Below are positions 26,217 to 34,358 of a stretch of 64,000 nt of DNA, piece after piece. Position numbers and translations under genes: made by a program. Source of the stretch: a bacterium (GTDB lineage Bacteria > Patescibacteriota > Minisyncoccia > Phycocordibacterales > UBA5272). The notes below the pieces were generated by a model. The model searched no databases and was not told where the DNA came from. It worked only from the letters and a program-made list of their open reading frames with translations. Each line of letters starts with the position of its first letter. Within the stretch, counting starts at the first letter, position 1. The DNA lies in the NCBI GenBank assembly GCA_023267595.1, contig JAHFNB010000002.1, forward strand, positions 87,947-151,946, read 5' to 3'.

Positions 26217-28649
26217 TTAGTATTGATAACTAATTCTATGTGCTTCGTGCCATACAACCCTTATCCCTAGAGGTTCTAGTTTCTCTTTTAAATTCTTAAT
26301 CCCGTCTTCTATAACTTTTGTCTTTTTCCCATCCATCGAAGAGAACAATAAAATATTAGGCTTGATTCTCTTAGCAAGCTCTAAAGACTCTTCAAAATTA
26401 CTTTTCTTGAAAAGAGATGAGCTTTGTTTAATTTCCCCAAAAATAAATTGGCCGTCTTTTACGCAGACAATGTCTAGATCTCCTAAGTGTTTCCATTTTT
26501 TTCCAATCCTTTTGTATATATCAAGACTAGGGCTATATATAAAAGAAGATCTTGCCTCATCATACAACTCTCCCAATGTAAGGAGAACTGGAACTAACCC
26601 GTGCTGTCTTACCCCACTTTCTACTAGACTATTAAGTCTATAAAGCCACGATACTTCGGGGGCAAGATTAAATATATTTCCACAGCCTCTACACTCCGCT
26701 TTCTGCTTAATATCATCAACATGAAACCAGTTTGCGTATCCACATGACGGACAGTGAGGTTTCAAACCCATGAGCAGAATATTATTATCTACCAAATCTT
26801 CTACTTCTTTCAAAACCTCTTCCTCAAATTGATGTAGTCTTTCCTTACTTAGTTTTATACTTTTACCTTGTGCCTTTAATCCTTCATGTACAATTCTTAT
26901 TTTTTCCTTCAGAAAAAAATCAAACGTTTCTTCCTTACCAGATTTACCGTGCTGTTTAGATTGAAATAGTATATGATCAGCCAACCACTTCAATTCATCT
27001 TCTCTTTCGGTTTTGTTTGTGGGTATTGATTTAAGACTTTTCTTGAGTTTGTTTAAAATAGTAATTTTCTTATCTTCATCAGAAGAAGGATTACTCAGGG
27101 AAAGGGTTTCAAAGATTCCTTTCCAGTATGGTTCTCTAAACTGATAATATACTTGGTTCAATCCTCCGAACAAACCAATGATGCCCTGCAGATAGCGCCC
27201 TTTGTCTGAACGTTGTGTATGAAAGTACGTCCTGTTATCAATTATCCCTGCCCTAGCATCACTAGTATATAATGGTCTATTTTGACCAAAAATCAAAGAG
27301 GAAATTATCTCACGATCTTCAGGTATCTTAATATTTAAATTGGACTCATCAGGTCTAAAAGATGATTTGGTTTCCATTACTACACTTGGAATACCATTGT
27401 GCTGTATTCTGGCTTTCTTGTATGGGAAAAAGGCTTGAGTTAGTTGATTACGATTTGGGACCCTCCACCAATGTCGAAGGTTTGTATATTTGTACCTCTC
27501 AGGTCTATATTGAATATAAAGATCTAGCATCCAATGTCCTCCCTGAACTCCTGCAGGTAATTTTGGATCTTCTACAACAATTGTCTCTTCACGGCTATAT
27601 GCTTGGTAAAGATCCATTCCTGGCCTGACATCAAAATAATCTTTATTATTACCATAATTAGGAAATATCTGTTTAGGAGAAAAAACAATGGCTTTTTTCC
27701 CACACCATGTCTTCTCACCAAGAGAGTCTGTAATTTTTTGCAATCTCTTTTCTGATAAAGAAAAACTAACAAAGTTAATCATTCTTCCATTATTATCATT
27801 CCCTGTACGTGAAGATCTTTGACGAAAAAATAACTGTAAACCTTCCTTTAATTTTTTATCTTCAGCAACTTCTGGTGATAGCCAAACATGACAAATATCT
27901 GGACGCATCCACTGAGGTATTAAAAGAACACGGTTCCAGTAATGTAATAGATCATAAGGAGAGTCACCCACGATAACTGTGAAATGTTCGTTACCTTGAG
28001 CATAGTCAACATCACTTATTTGGTTAGGCACAGATGATAATTGTATCGGGAATACAAAGCTTTTATGTGTATCTCCTAAATCAAGAAGCGCACTATTAAC
28101 ACTTTCAGCAGTATCCACTGTGTATACTACTTTGGCGTCTATTTTTTCTCCCATTTGGTTTAAGAAGTAATCTTCGTAAGTACCAAAGTTAAAGTGGAGA
28201 AATTCTTTTAACTTCTCAGAAGTAAGATCTTTTGTGTTAAAGAAAACAAATGGTTTCTTTTCTGGATGATGATAGACAGACGCTCTTTGTATTAGGTCTG
28301 CTGTAGGGTGATTTATGATTGGAAGCTGATCGTGAAAACTTATATGTTTATGATCATTCACTTCTACAGAGTAAGGTGAGAGCAAGTCTTCCACCTTTTG
28401 AAGCAGCTTTTTTTGTGGCTTAACTAAAAAGCTAATGATATCTGGGTCAAAGTCTTTCAAAAATTCCCAAACCTCTTCTGAAAACTCTCTACCATCAGAA
28501 AAAATAATAGGGTTAAAACGACCCCCATATTTACCTACATTGTAGTCAAAAATGTTTCTAAATACATCTATAGTAAAGTCCTTGGGGCTCACTATAAAAA
28601 CAACTTTTATTAAACGTTTATTTAAGTAGATAGGATATGGTAATTCCAT
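26217..28649 (-). CDS. large uncharacterised protein (810 aa) with C-terminal zinc ribbon + PD-(D/E)xK nuclease-like module
   Basis: C-terminal CPSCGYANWFHVDDIKQKAECRGCG (CxxC-x16-CxxC) is followed by ELYDEA...GDLDIVCVKDGQFIFGEIKQ, the canonical hGDhDhh...hhhhEhK restriction-endonuclease-fold motif. The N-terminal ~600 aa are unassigned. Its start overlaps the Macro gene stop. Confidence 0.6.
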   Translation of the reverse strand: MELPYPIYLNKRLIKVVFIVSPKDFTIDVFRNIFDYNVGKYGGRFNPIIFSDGREFSEEVWEFLKDFDPDIISFLVKPQKKLLQKVEDLLSPYSVEVNDHKHISFHDQLPIINHPTADLIQRASVYHHPEKKPFVFFNTKDLTSEKLKEFLHFNFGTYEDYFLNQMGEKIDAKVVYTVDTAESVNSALLDLGDTHKSFVFPIQLSSVPNQISDVDYAQGNEHFTVIVGDSPYDLLHYWNRVLLIPQWMRPDICHVWLSPEVAEDKKLKEGLQLFFRQRSSRTGNDNNGRMINFVSFSLSEKRLQKITDSLGEKTWCGKKAIVFSPKQIFPNYGNNKDYFDVRPGMDLYQAYSREETIVVEDPKLPAGVQGGHWMLDLYIQYRPERYKYTNLRHWWRVPNRNQLTQAFFPYKKARIQHNGIPSVVMETKSSFRPDESNLNIKIPEDREIISSLIFGQNRPLYTSDARAGIIDNRTYFHTQRSDKGRYLQGIIGLFGGLNQVYYQFREPYWKGIFETLSLSNPSSDEDKKITILNKLKKSLKSIPTNKTEREDELKWLADHILFQSKQHGKSGKEETFDFFLKEKIRIVHEGLKAQGKSIKLSKERLHQFEEEVLKEVEDLVDNNILLMGLKPHCPSCGYANWFHVDDIKQKAECRGCGNIFNLAPEVSWLYRLNSLVESGVRQHGLVPVLLTLGELYDEARSSFIYSPSLDIYKRIGKKWKHLGDLDIVCVKDGQFIFGEIKQSSSLFKKSNFEESLELAKRIKPNILLFSSMDGKKTKVIEDGIKNLKEKLEPLGIRVVWHEAHRISYQY

Positions 28650-29179
28650 TACAAGGAATTATAGTCTTTTAATACCTCCTTTGCACCTTCTTTATATAAA
28701 TGAAAAATCTCTTCTGAAAAGAGAACAAATCTTATTTCTTCAAAATGATCAGATTCTCCTATAAATTCTTTAATGGTTGAAAGTGCTATAGGAACAGCTT
28801 CTTCAGGAGGATACCTAAATGACCCTGTCGCAAGAGAAGGAAAAGCCAGGGTCTTAATATCATGTTTCTTGGCTAAATGTAAAGTGTTTCTGTAACAGAG
28901 TCTTAGTATCTCGGCCTCACTTCCTTTCTCAAAACCATACTCTGGCCCAACCGTATGGATTACGTGCCTAGCGGGTAAATTATGGCCTCTAGTGAGCTTT
29001 GCTTCTGCTGTTTCGCATCTACCTACCAGGTAGCATTCTTCAGTAAATTTTGGGCCAGCTCTACGATGAATAGCTCCTGTTACTCCTCCACCTTTCCCAA
29101 GCCACTTATTGGCGGGGTTTACGATTGCGTCAACAGCTTGTTCAGTAATGTCACCTAAAATTACTGTTACTCTGGTCAT
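28649..29179 (-). CDS. Macro-domain protein (ADP-ribose / O-acetyl-ADP-ribose processing, YmdB-like)
   Basis: ITEQAVDAIVNPANKWLGKGGGVTGAIHRRAGP...VIHTVGPEY...LAFPSLATGSFRYP are Macro-domain signatures. Confidence 0.85.
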   Translation of the reverse strand: MTRVTVILGDITEQAVDAIVNPANKWLGKGGGVTGAIHRRAGPKFTEECYLVGRCETAEAKLTRGHNLPARHVIHTVGPEYGFEKGSEAEILRLCYRNTLHLAKKHDIKTLAFPSLATGSFRYPPEEAVPIALSTIKEFIGESDHFEEIRFVLFSEEIFHLYKEGAKEVLKDYNSL

Positions 29180-29325
29180 GGTTGCTTGGGAATAGGCTTG
29201 TATACAGAGTTCACTAGCGTGATTAAACTCATAGCTTGATCAAGGGCTTCTTGTTCAGAAAGATCTAGTCCTGTTTTTCTTTTGTATATTTCTTTATACT
29301 TTTGGACCAGTTCTTCATTTGTCAT
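29176..29325 (-). CDS. unannotated small ORF (49 aa) translationally coupled (ATGA overlap) to the Macro gene
   Basis: Hand translation MTNEELVQKYKEIYKRKTGLDLSEQEALDQAMSLITLVNSVYKPIPKQP. Its stop overlaps the Macro ATG. Predicted helical. Confidence 0.3.
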   Translation of the reverse strand: MTNEELVQKYKEIYKRKTGLDLSEQEALDQAMSLITLVNSVYKPIPKQP

Positions 29326-29327
29326 AA

Positions 29328-30317
29328 TTAGAATTTAAAAAACCTTGAAAAGATCTCTTTATACCATTTTACTTTGCTTTTGTTTTGGATATCCGTAACT
29401 GGAGTTGTAGTTGTAGTTACTACTCCAACCATGGAAGTCGTCGCTATTACTGTTGTACTAGATTTGGATTCCATAATTACCGTTTTTGATTTAGCAATAG
29501 CTTTAACAGTAGGAACTTTTTTAGTAACAATAGTTGTACTTGTTGAGGTGGGTGTTTCTTTAAATGCCTTGGAGAGCACAGAAGCAAAAGGATTACCTGT
29601 GTTATTCCATTTAGTCTCATCCTTGATAACCTCAGCACTGATTTTAGGAGGAGTAGTAACACAACCAGTTGCAGATAAGCTATACCCTGAATCACAGACA
29701 CATTTATTATTTTCTGTGTGGGTATTTGGATACTTTACTGTACAAGAATCTGTGCGATCAACAACTAAACACGATAGAAGAGTCTTGTATTTGAAAATAG
29801 TATCCTGAGAATTATAGAGACAGGAATTATATTTGGTCTTATTGTATTCAGTCTGTTTCGCCTTAGCGTCTTCACAGTCAGTTGTGTTGGCATATAGTCC
29901 AGCACTCACACTGCCCGCTATATTCATCATACTTTGCCTAGACTTTACACAAATTTGATATGTTTGCTCATTCCTTCCTTCATCTGTACTAAGGAAGCCT
30001 TGGCACATGGTTTGTGTACTCGATTCTACTTTACTTATAGAGCTTTCTACTTCCTGTTTCTGTTTATCATATTCAGCTTGTGGCAAATACATAGGACAAC
30101 TTGTCTTAGTGTTCTGACATGAGCTCATTGAAGAATAAGAAACTGAACTATCTTTCCATCCATCATTACAAATTACACTTCCATCCCAATCTGCACCCGC
30201 CGAACAACTAACTCCACCATGATATGAACATGCCCCCGCATCAGCACTTACTAAACTAGTATTAGAAATAGAAAAAACAAGAAACAAAATATAAAAAACA
30301 GATATTGTATTTTTCAT
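29328..30317 (-). CDS. secreted Cys-rich protein with Thr-rich C-terminal linker
   Basis: Signal peptide, about 20 Cys residues, and a TTTTTPVT/TSTSTT low-complexity tail. Confidence 0.5.
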   Translation of the reverse strand: MKNTISVFYILFLVFSISNTSLVSADAGACSYHGGVSCSAGADWDGSVICNDGWKDSSVSYSSMSSCQNTKTSCPMYLPQAEYDKQKQEVESSISKVESSTQTMCQGFLSTDEGRNEQTYQICVKSRQSMMNIAGSVSAGLYANTTDCEDAKAKQTEYNKTKYNSCLYNSQDTIFKYKTLLSCLVVDRTDSCTVKYPNTHTENNKCVCDSGYSLSATGCVTTPPKISAEVIKDETKWNNTGNPFASVLSKAFKETPTSTSTTIVTKKVPTVKAIAKSKTVIMESKSSTTVIATTSMVGVVTTTTTPVTDIQNKSKVKWYKEIFSRFFKF

Positions 30318-30572
30318 TTTAGCGTGGGATTAATCTGTGTCAGGCAACAAAAATGGTCCCCCGATACAGCGACAATCTCCGAAGAGACGTCCCTCAACCT
30401 TTCAGTTGAGGACCCACGCTAATGAATGCCGATCAGGAGACCGTTTTTATTAGCGTGGGTTTTGTCAGCCATGACACCATAATTAAAAGTGTTTTAGGCT
30501 ACAAATATTCAATTGTCCATACTATTATCGCAGAAAAAGGCTAAATAAACAATTATTCTGTCAAGGTTAAAT

Positions 30573-31322
30573 ATGGTATATTTTGAGCTAATGAGTAACC
30601 TGTCGATTATAGAAAAACAAAGTCTTTCTGTCCTGGAACATCTGGAATATATGATTGATCTAGGGCATGTAATTCCACTAAATAAAAGTGGGGTTAAGAT
30701 CCAAAAATATGACGTCACATTTGGTGATATCGACTTTAAAGCTCTGGGTTTGCCTAAACTAGAAAACTTTTATGGTATTTCTAAGTACTTACGAAATAAT
30801 GGCGTGATGTTTACCATAGACTTTGATTTAGTAAACGATCACCCCGCGCAGGAGGTGAGTGGAGAGATCTATGATGAAGACATGGTTCACCTGGGTTCTC
30901 TAGAAGGTCCAAACATAAAAGCCATCAGAGAGAACATAGCATCTCTTAAACAAAAGATTGTCGGTAAAAATATTACAGACAACCAAAAAGGAAATATAAA
31001 AATAGTTTTTAATATTAAGAAATATTCTCTTAATATTAATGCTGATACGATTCTTTTTGACCCCAGCACTTTAGATTGGAGCTTAATTAAAGTTCTTGTT
31101 GAGAAACAGTATCAAGGAAAGACACTAATTTCGTGGGACGAAGTTCTTGAATTCTTCAATGGAAGACCTTATACGGGTAAACCTGTCATAGGGCAAAAAC
31201 AAGTTGGAGATTCGAGAGACCGCTTAAACAGAAAAATTAAGAGTTCCTTTGGCCTAAAAGAGAACCTTATCACTAGGAAAAAGAATCAATACTCACTAAC
31301 AAAAAAAGTGACTAAAAAGTGA
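30573..31322 (+). CDS. hypothetical protein (island gene)
   Basis: 249-aa ORF with basic C-terminus. No family recognised. Confidence 0.4.
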   Translation: MVYFELMSNLSIIEKQSLSVLEHLEYMIDLGHVIPLNKSGVKIQKYDVTFGDIDFKALGLPKLENFYGISKYLRNNGVMFTIDFDLVNDHPAQEVSGEIYDEDMVHLGSLEGPNIKAIRENIASLKQKIVGKNITDNQKGNIKIVFNIKKYSLNINADTILFDPSTLDWSLIKVLVEKQYQGKTLISWDEVLEFFNGRPYTGKPVIGQKQVGDSRDRLNRKIKSSFGLKENLITRKKNQYSLTKKVTKK

Positions 31323-31576
31323 CCGTAAGTGAGTCACCACTAGTTATTAGAAAATCGGGATACAGTATCCTGATTTTTTATTGGGATCTGTATTACAAAA
31401 TGCAGATTAGTGAAGAACATCTTAAAAAATATCAAACTATCTTTTTTGAGGTATATGGATATGAAATAGATAAAACTCAGGCTCTAACTGAGCTTACTTC
31501 TCTTGTCTGTTTAATTAATGCTGTTCATAAGCATTTAAACACTAAACCCCATGCTAAAAGAGTACCTGCAGAATAA
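31319..31576 (+). CDS. hypothetical small protein (island gene)
   Basis: 85-aa ORF overlapping neighbours by 4 nt and 26 nt. Confidence 0.3.
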   Translation: MTVSESPLVIRKSGYSILIFYWDLYYKMQISEEHLKKYQTIFFEVYGYEIDKTQALTELTSLVCLINAVHKHLNTKPHAKRVPAE

Positions 31577-33707
31577 AGGAATATCCTTCCGAGAATCAAA
31601 TGGAGAGCTAATTGTAAGGTGTCTTTTTAACGACTGTGATAAAGATAGTCGTGGACAAGAGGCACACTTATATTTCGACGCGTCCACATCTCAATATCAT
31701 TGTAAAAAATGTGATTCCCGCGGAAATATAATAACGCTTAAAAAACACTTAGGCGATGTTTCAGTTCCTGTTCAAAATCAAAACAAAAGGAACATCAAAA
31801 CTCTAACACCTCTTATGGTGGAAAGATATCATAACGACTTACCTCAACACATTGTTGATTACCTCCATAAGCGTGAAGTTACTGATGAGATTATCTCTAA
31901 ATATAAATTAGGGTATAAACAAGAATATGGCACCTTTTGGATTACTGTCCCTATAAAAGATATAGATGGAAATTATGCTTTCTTCAAACTTCGTCAAGAT
32001 CCAAAGCTTGGTAGCGAAAAGCGTATGTGGCCCGCATCTGAAAATGGTGCACAAATATTTGACTGGGAAACTCTTTTAATGGCAAAAGAAAGAATTCTTA
32101 TCGTCGAAGGTGAAGGTGATGCTCTTACGGTTAAGTCTCGCAATATCGATTGTATTTGTGGCACAGCAGGAGCGGGCACCTGGAAAGAATCATGGAATGA
32201 ACATCTAAGACCAGAGCTTGAGTATTTTATATGCTATGACAATGACGAACCTGGGAGAAAAGGTGCGTTGCGTGTAGCAGAGAATCTTTTTAAGCATGGA
32301 TGTGAAAAGATTCGCATTGTTACTCTTCCACCAGAAGTAGGTGATAAGGGTGATATTGGAGACTACTTGGCACGCTTAAAAATGCCACTGGAGGATCTTT
32401 TTACTAAATATGCGGAGGAATACCCAAAGAAGATAGATACGCGTAGTTTTACAGAGGTTCATATTGATTTTGTGAAAGATGTTCTTGAAAGCACAATTAA
32501 AAAAGATGATGACAACAAGATTATTACATTTCTATCAATGCTGACAACCTATACTGATGAAGCGCAAATAAACATTCTCTTTAATGCTCCAAGTTCAACA
32601 GGTAAGTCTCACCTGCCAATATCAGTTAAAGACTTATTCCCGTTGGAAGACCTTATAGTCTTAGCCAACTGTTCTCCTACGGCGTTTTTCCACGAGCAAG
32701 GACAATATGACAAGGAGAAGAATCAAATTATGGTAGATCTGTCGAGAAAAATTCTTATCTTTACTGATATGCCTAACTCTGGATTGCTAGAACGACTTCG
32801 TCCAATGTTATCTCACGATCAAAAAGAATCAGTTATGAAGATAACTGATAAGAATCAGAAAGGAGGAAATAAGACAAAAACAGTGGTCCTTGTGGGATAT
32901 CCAAGCGTGTACTTCTGTACTGCTGGCCTAAAGATAGACGAACAGGAAACAACAAGGTTTATTACATTGAGTCCATCAATTGAGCAAGACAAACTAACAG
33001 CGGGAATTAAGCAATCTATTGCAAAAGAATCAGACCGAGAGAAATTCTTATCAGAAGTAAATGCAGATCCAAATAGGGAACTTTTGAAAGAAAGAATACG
33101 AGCAATCAAACAAGAAAGTGTTGTGGATATAAAAATAAAGGATACAAAACTTATTGAAGACATGTATTTAGACAATAAGAAGTTGGTAAAACCACGTCAC
33201 CAACGTGATGTGAAGAAAGTCATTTCCCTTATCAAGGGTTTCACTCTTCTTAATTTGTGGTTTAGAGAAAGAAAAGGAGGACATGTTTTTGCTAATGAAG
33301 AGGATATAAAAAATGGTGTAAATCTCTGGTTACAAATATCTGATGGTCAGGATTATGGTGTAGCACCATATGTCCTTGAAATCTTCAAGGAGGTTATTCT
33401 TCCTACGTGGCAAGAACACAAGAGCAAAGCCTTGGGTTCAGGTTTTGGGGTAGAAGGAATATCGCGTGCCGAGATACAAGAAAAGCATAAATTGAAGTAC
33501 GGACGCTCCATCAGTCCCGTATACCTCAGACAACAAATCCTCCCTCAAATGGAGGGTGCAGGCCTCATCTCACAGGAACAAGACCCACTTGATAAGAGAT
33601 TCTCTCTCGTAACCCCACTAGAGAGTGAATTTGAATCTGAAACGAATATAGTGTTGCCACATGTGGGGGTAAACATCGACAAAAATGAAGAAAATAATCC
33701 AAATTAA
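31551..33707 (+). CDS. primase-like replication protein: CHC2 zinc finger + Toprim domain fused to a C-terminal P-loop ATPase
   Basis: Zinc finger CLFNDC...HCKKCDSRGN. Toprim acidic motifs ILIVEGEGDALTV and YDNDEPGRKG. Walker-A-like NAPSSTGKSH and hhhhD ILIFTDM. Confidence 0.7.
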   Translation: MLKEYLQNKGISFRESNGELIVRCLFNDCDKDSRGQEAHLYFDASTSQYHCKKCDSRGNIITLKKHLGDVSVPVQNQNKRNIKTLTPLMVERYHNDLPQHIVDYLHKREVTDEIISKYKLGYKQEYGTFWITVPIKDIDGNYAFFKLRQDPKLGSEKRMWPASENGAQIFDWETLLMAKERILIVEGEGDALTVKSRNIDCICGTAGAGTWKESWNEHLRPELEYFICYDNDEPGRKGALRVAENLFKHGCEKIRIVTLPPEVGDKGDIGDYLARLKMPLEDLFTKYAEEYPKKIDTRSFTEVHIDFVKDVLESTIKKDDDNKIITFLSMLTTYTDEAQINILFNAPSSTGKSHLPISVKDLFPLEDLIVLANCSPTAFFHEQGQYDKEKNQIMVDLSRKILIFTDMPNSGLLERLRPMLSHDQKESVMKITDKNQKGGNKTKTVVLVGYPSVYFCTAGLKIDEQETTRFITLSPSIEQDKLTAGIKQSIAKESDREKFLSEVNADPNRELLKERIRAIKQESVVDIKIKDTKLIEDMYLDNKKLVKPRHQRDVKKVISLIKGFTLLNLWFRERKGGHVFANEEDIKNGVNLWLQISDGQDYGVAPYVLEIFKEVILPTWQEHKSKALGSGFGVEGISRAEIQEKHKLKYGRSISPVYLRQQILPQMEGAGLISQEQDPLDKRFSLVTPLESEFESETNIVLPHVGVNIDKNEENNPN

Positions 33708-33725
33708 GAGCTAATAGCCAAAATT

Positions 33726-34187
33726 ATGAACAATAAACATAAGATACAGAGAAATAGACCTATCTTACTCACAGATATTCTGAGTAAAAACGTGCTTTTA
33801 CCAGGAGAAAGTCAGTACGAGCTTCAGAAAATACGTGAAAAGACCTTAAAAGACGTAGTTCCGATAGGAGCTTTAGAAGAAATTCTTTTTTCAAAAGTAG
33901 TTGCCGATACATGGAAACTGAGAAGGTTGTATGTTCTGGAAACAAGTGTTTTAAGGGATCAACAAATTGTTTGGGCTAAAAAACAGGCAAGTGAGAATGA
34001 GTTTTCCCTTGAGGTATACAGAGGCGACAAAGCCCTTAAAAGATTCCGCAGTACCGCTAAACAATTGAAGTACACAAAACAACTTGAGGATATTCAAAGA
34101 CATCAAACAAGTCTGGAATCTAGTCTTATTAAAACGATCTCGGAATTAAAGGATCTACAAAAAGTAAGGTTGAAAAATAAAAACTAG
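33726..34187 (+). CDS. hypothetical coiled-coil protein upstream of the recombinase (candidate directionality factor)
   Basis: 153 aa, charged and helical. Position only. Confidence 0.35.
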   Translation: MNNKHKIQRNRPILLTDILSKNVLLPGESQYELQKIREKTLKDVVPIGALEEILFSKVVADTWKLRRLYVLETSVLRDQQIVWAKKQASENEFSLEVYRGDKALKRFRSTAKQLKYTKQLEDIQRHQTSLESSLIKTISELKDLQKVRLKNKN

Positions 34188-34275
34188 CTTCATCGAATAT
34201 GTTATTATTAATATGCTCATCCAAATACGCATTGTCAGAAATCTCTAATACACTAGAGAATAGTCTGTATTGTCG

Positions 34276-34349
34276 CACTAAAAGGCGGTCCTTTCCGATA
34301 ATACAGGCTTCGGCTATGTGTATTGGATGAGCAGGACCGCCTTTTAGTG
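34276..34349. repeat. 17-bp perfect inverted repeat (cactaaaaggcggtcct / aggaccgccttttagtg) with 40-nt spacer, just upstream of the recombinase start
   Basis: Read directly from the sequence. The right arm ends 10 nt before the ATG at 34359. Confidence 0.6.
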
Positions 34350-34358
34350 TTATTAATT

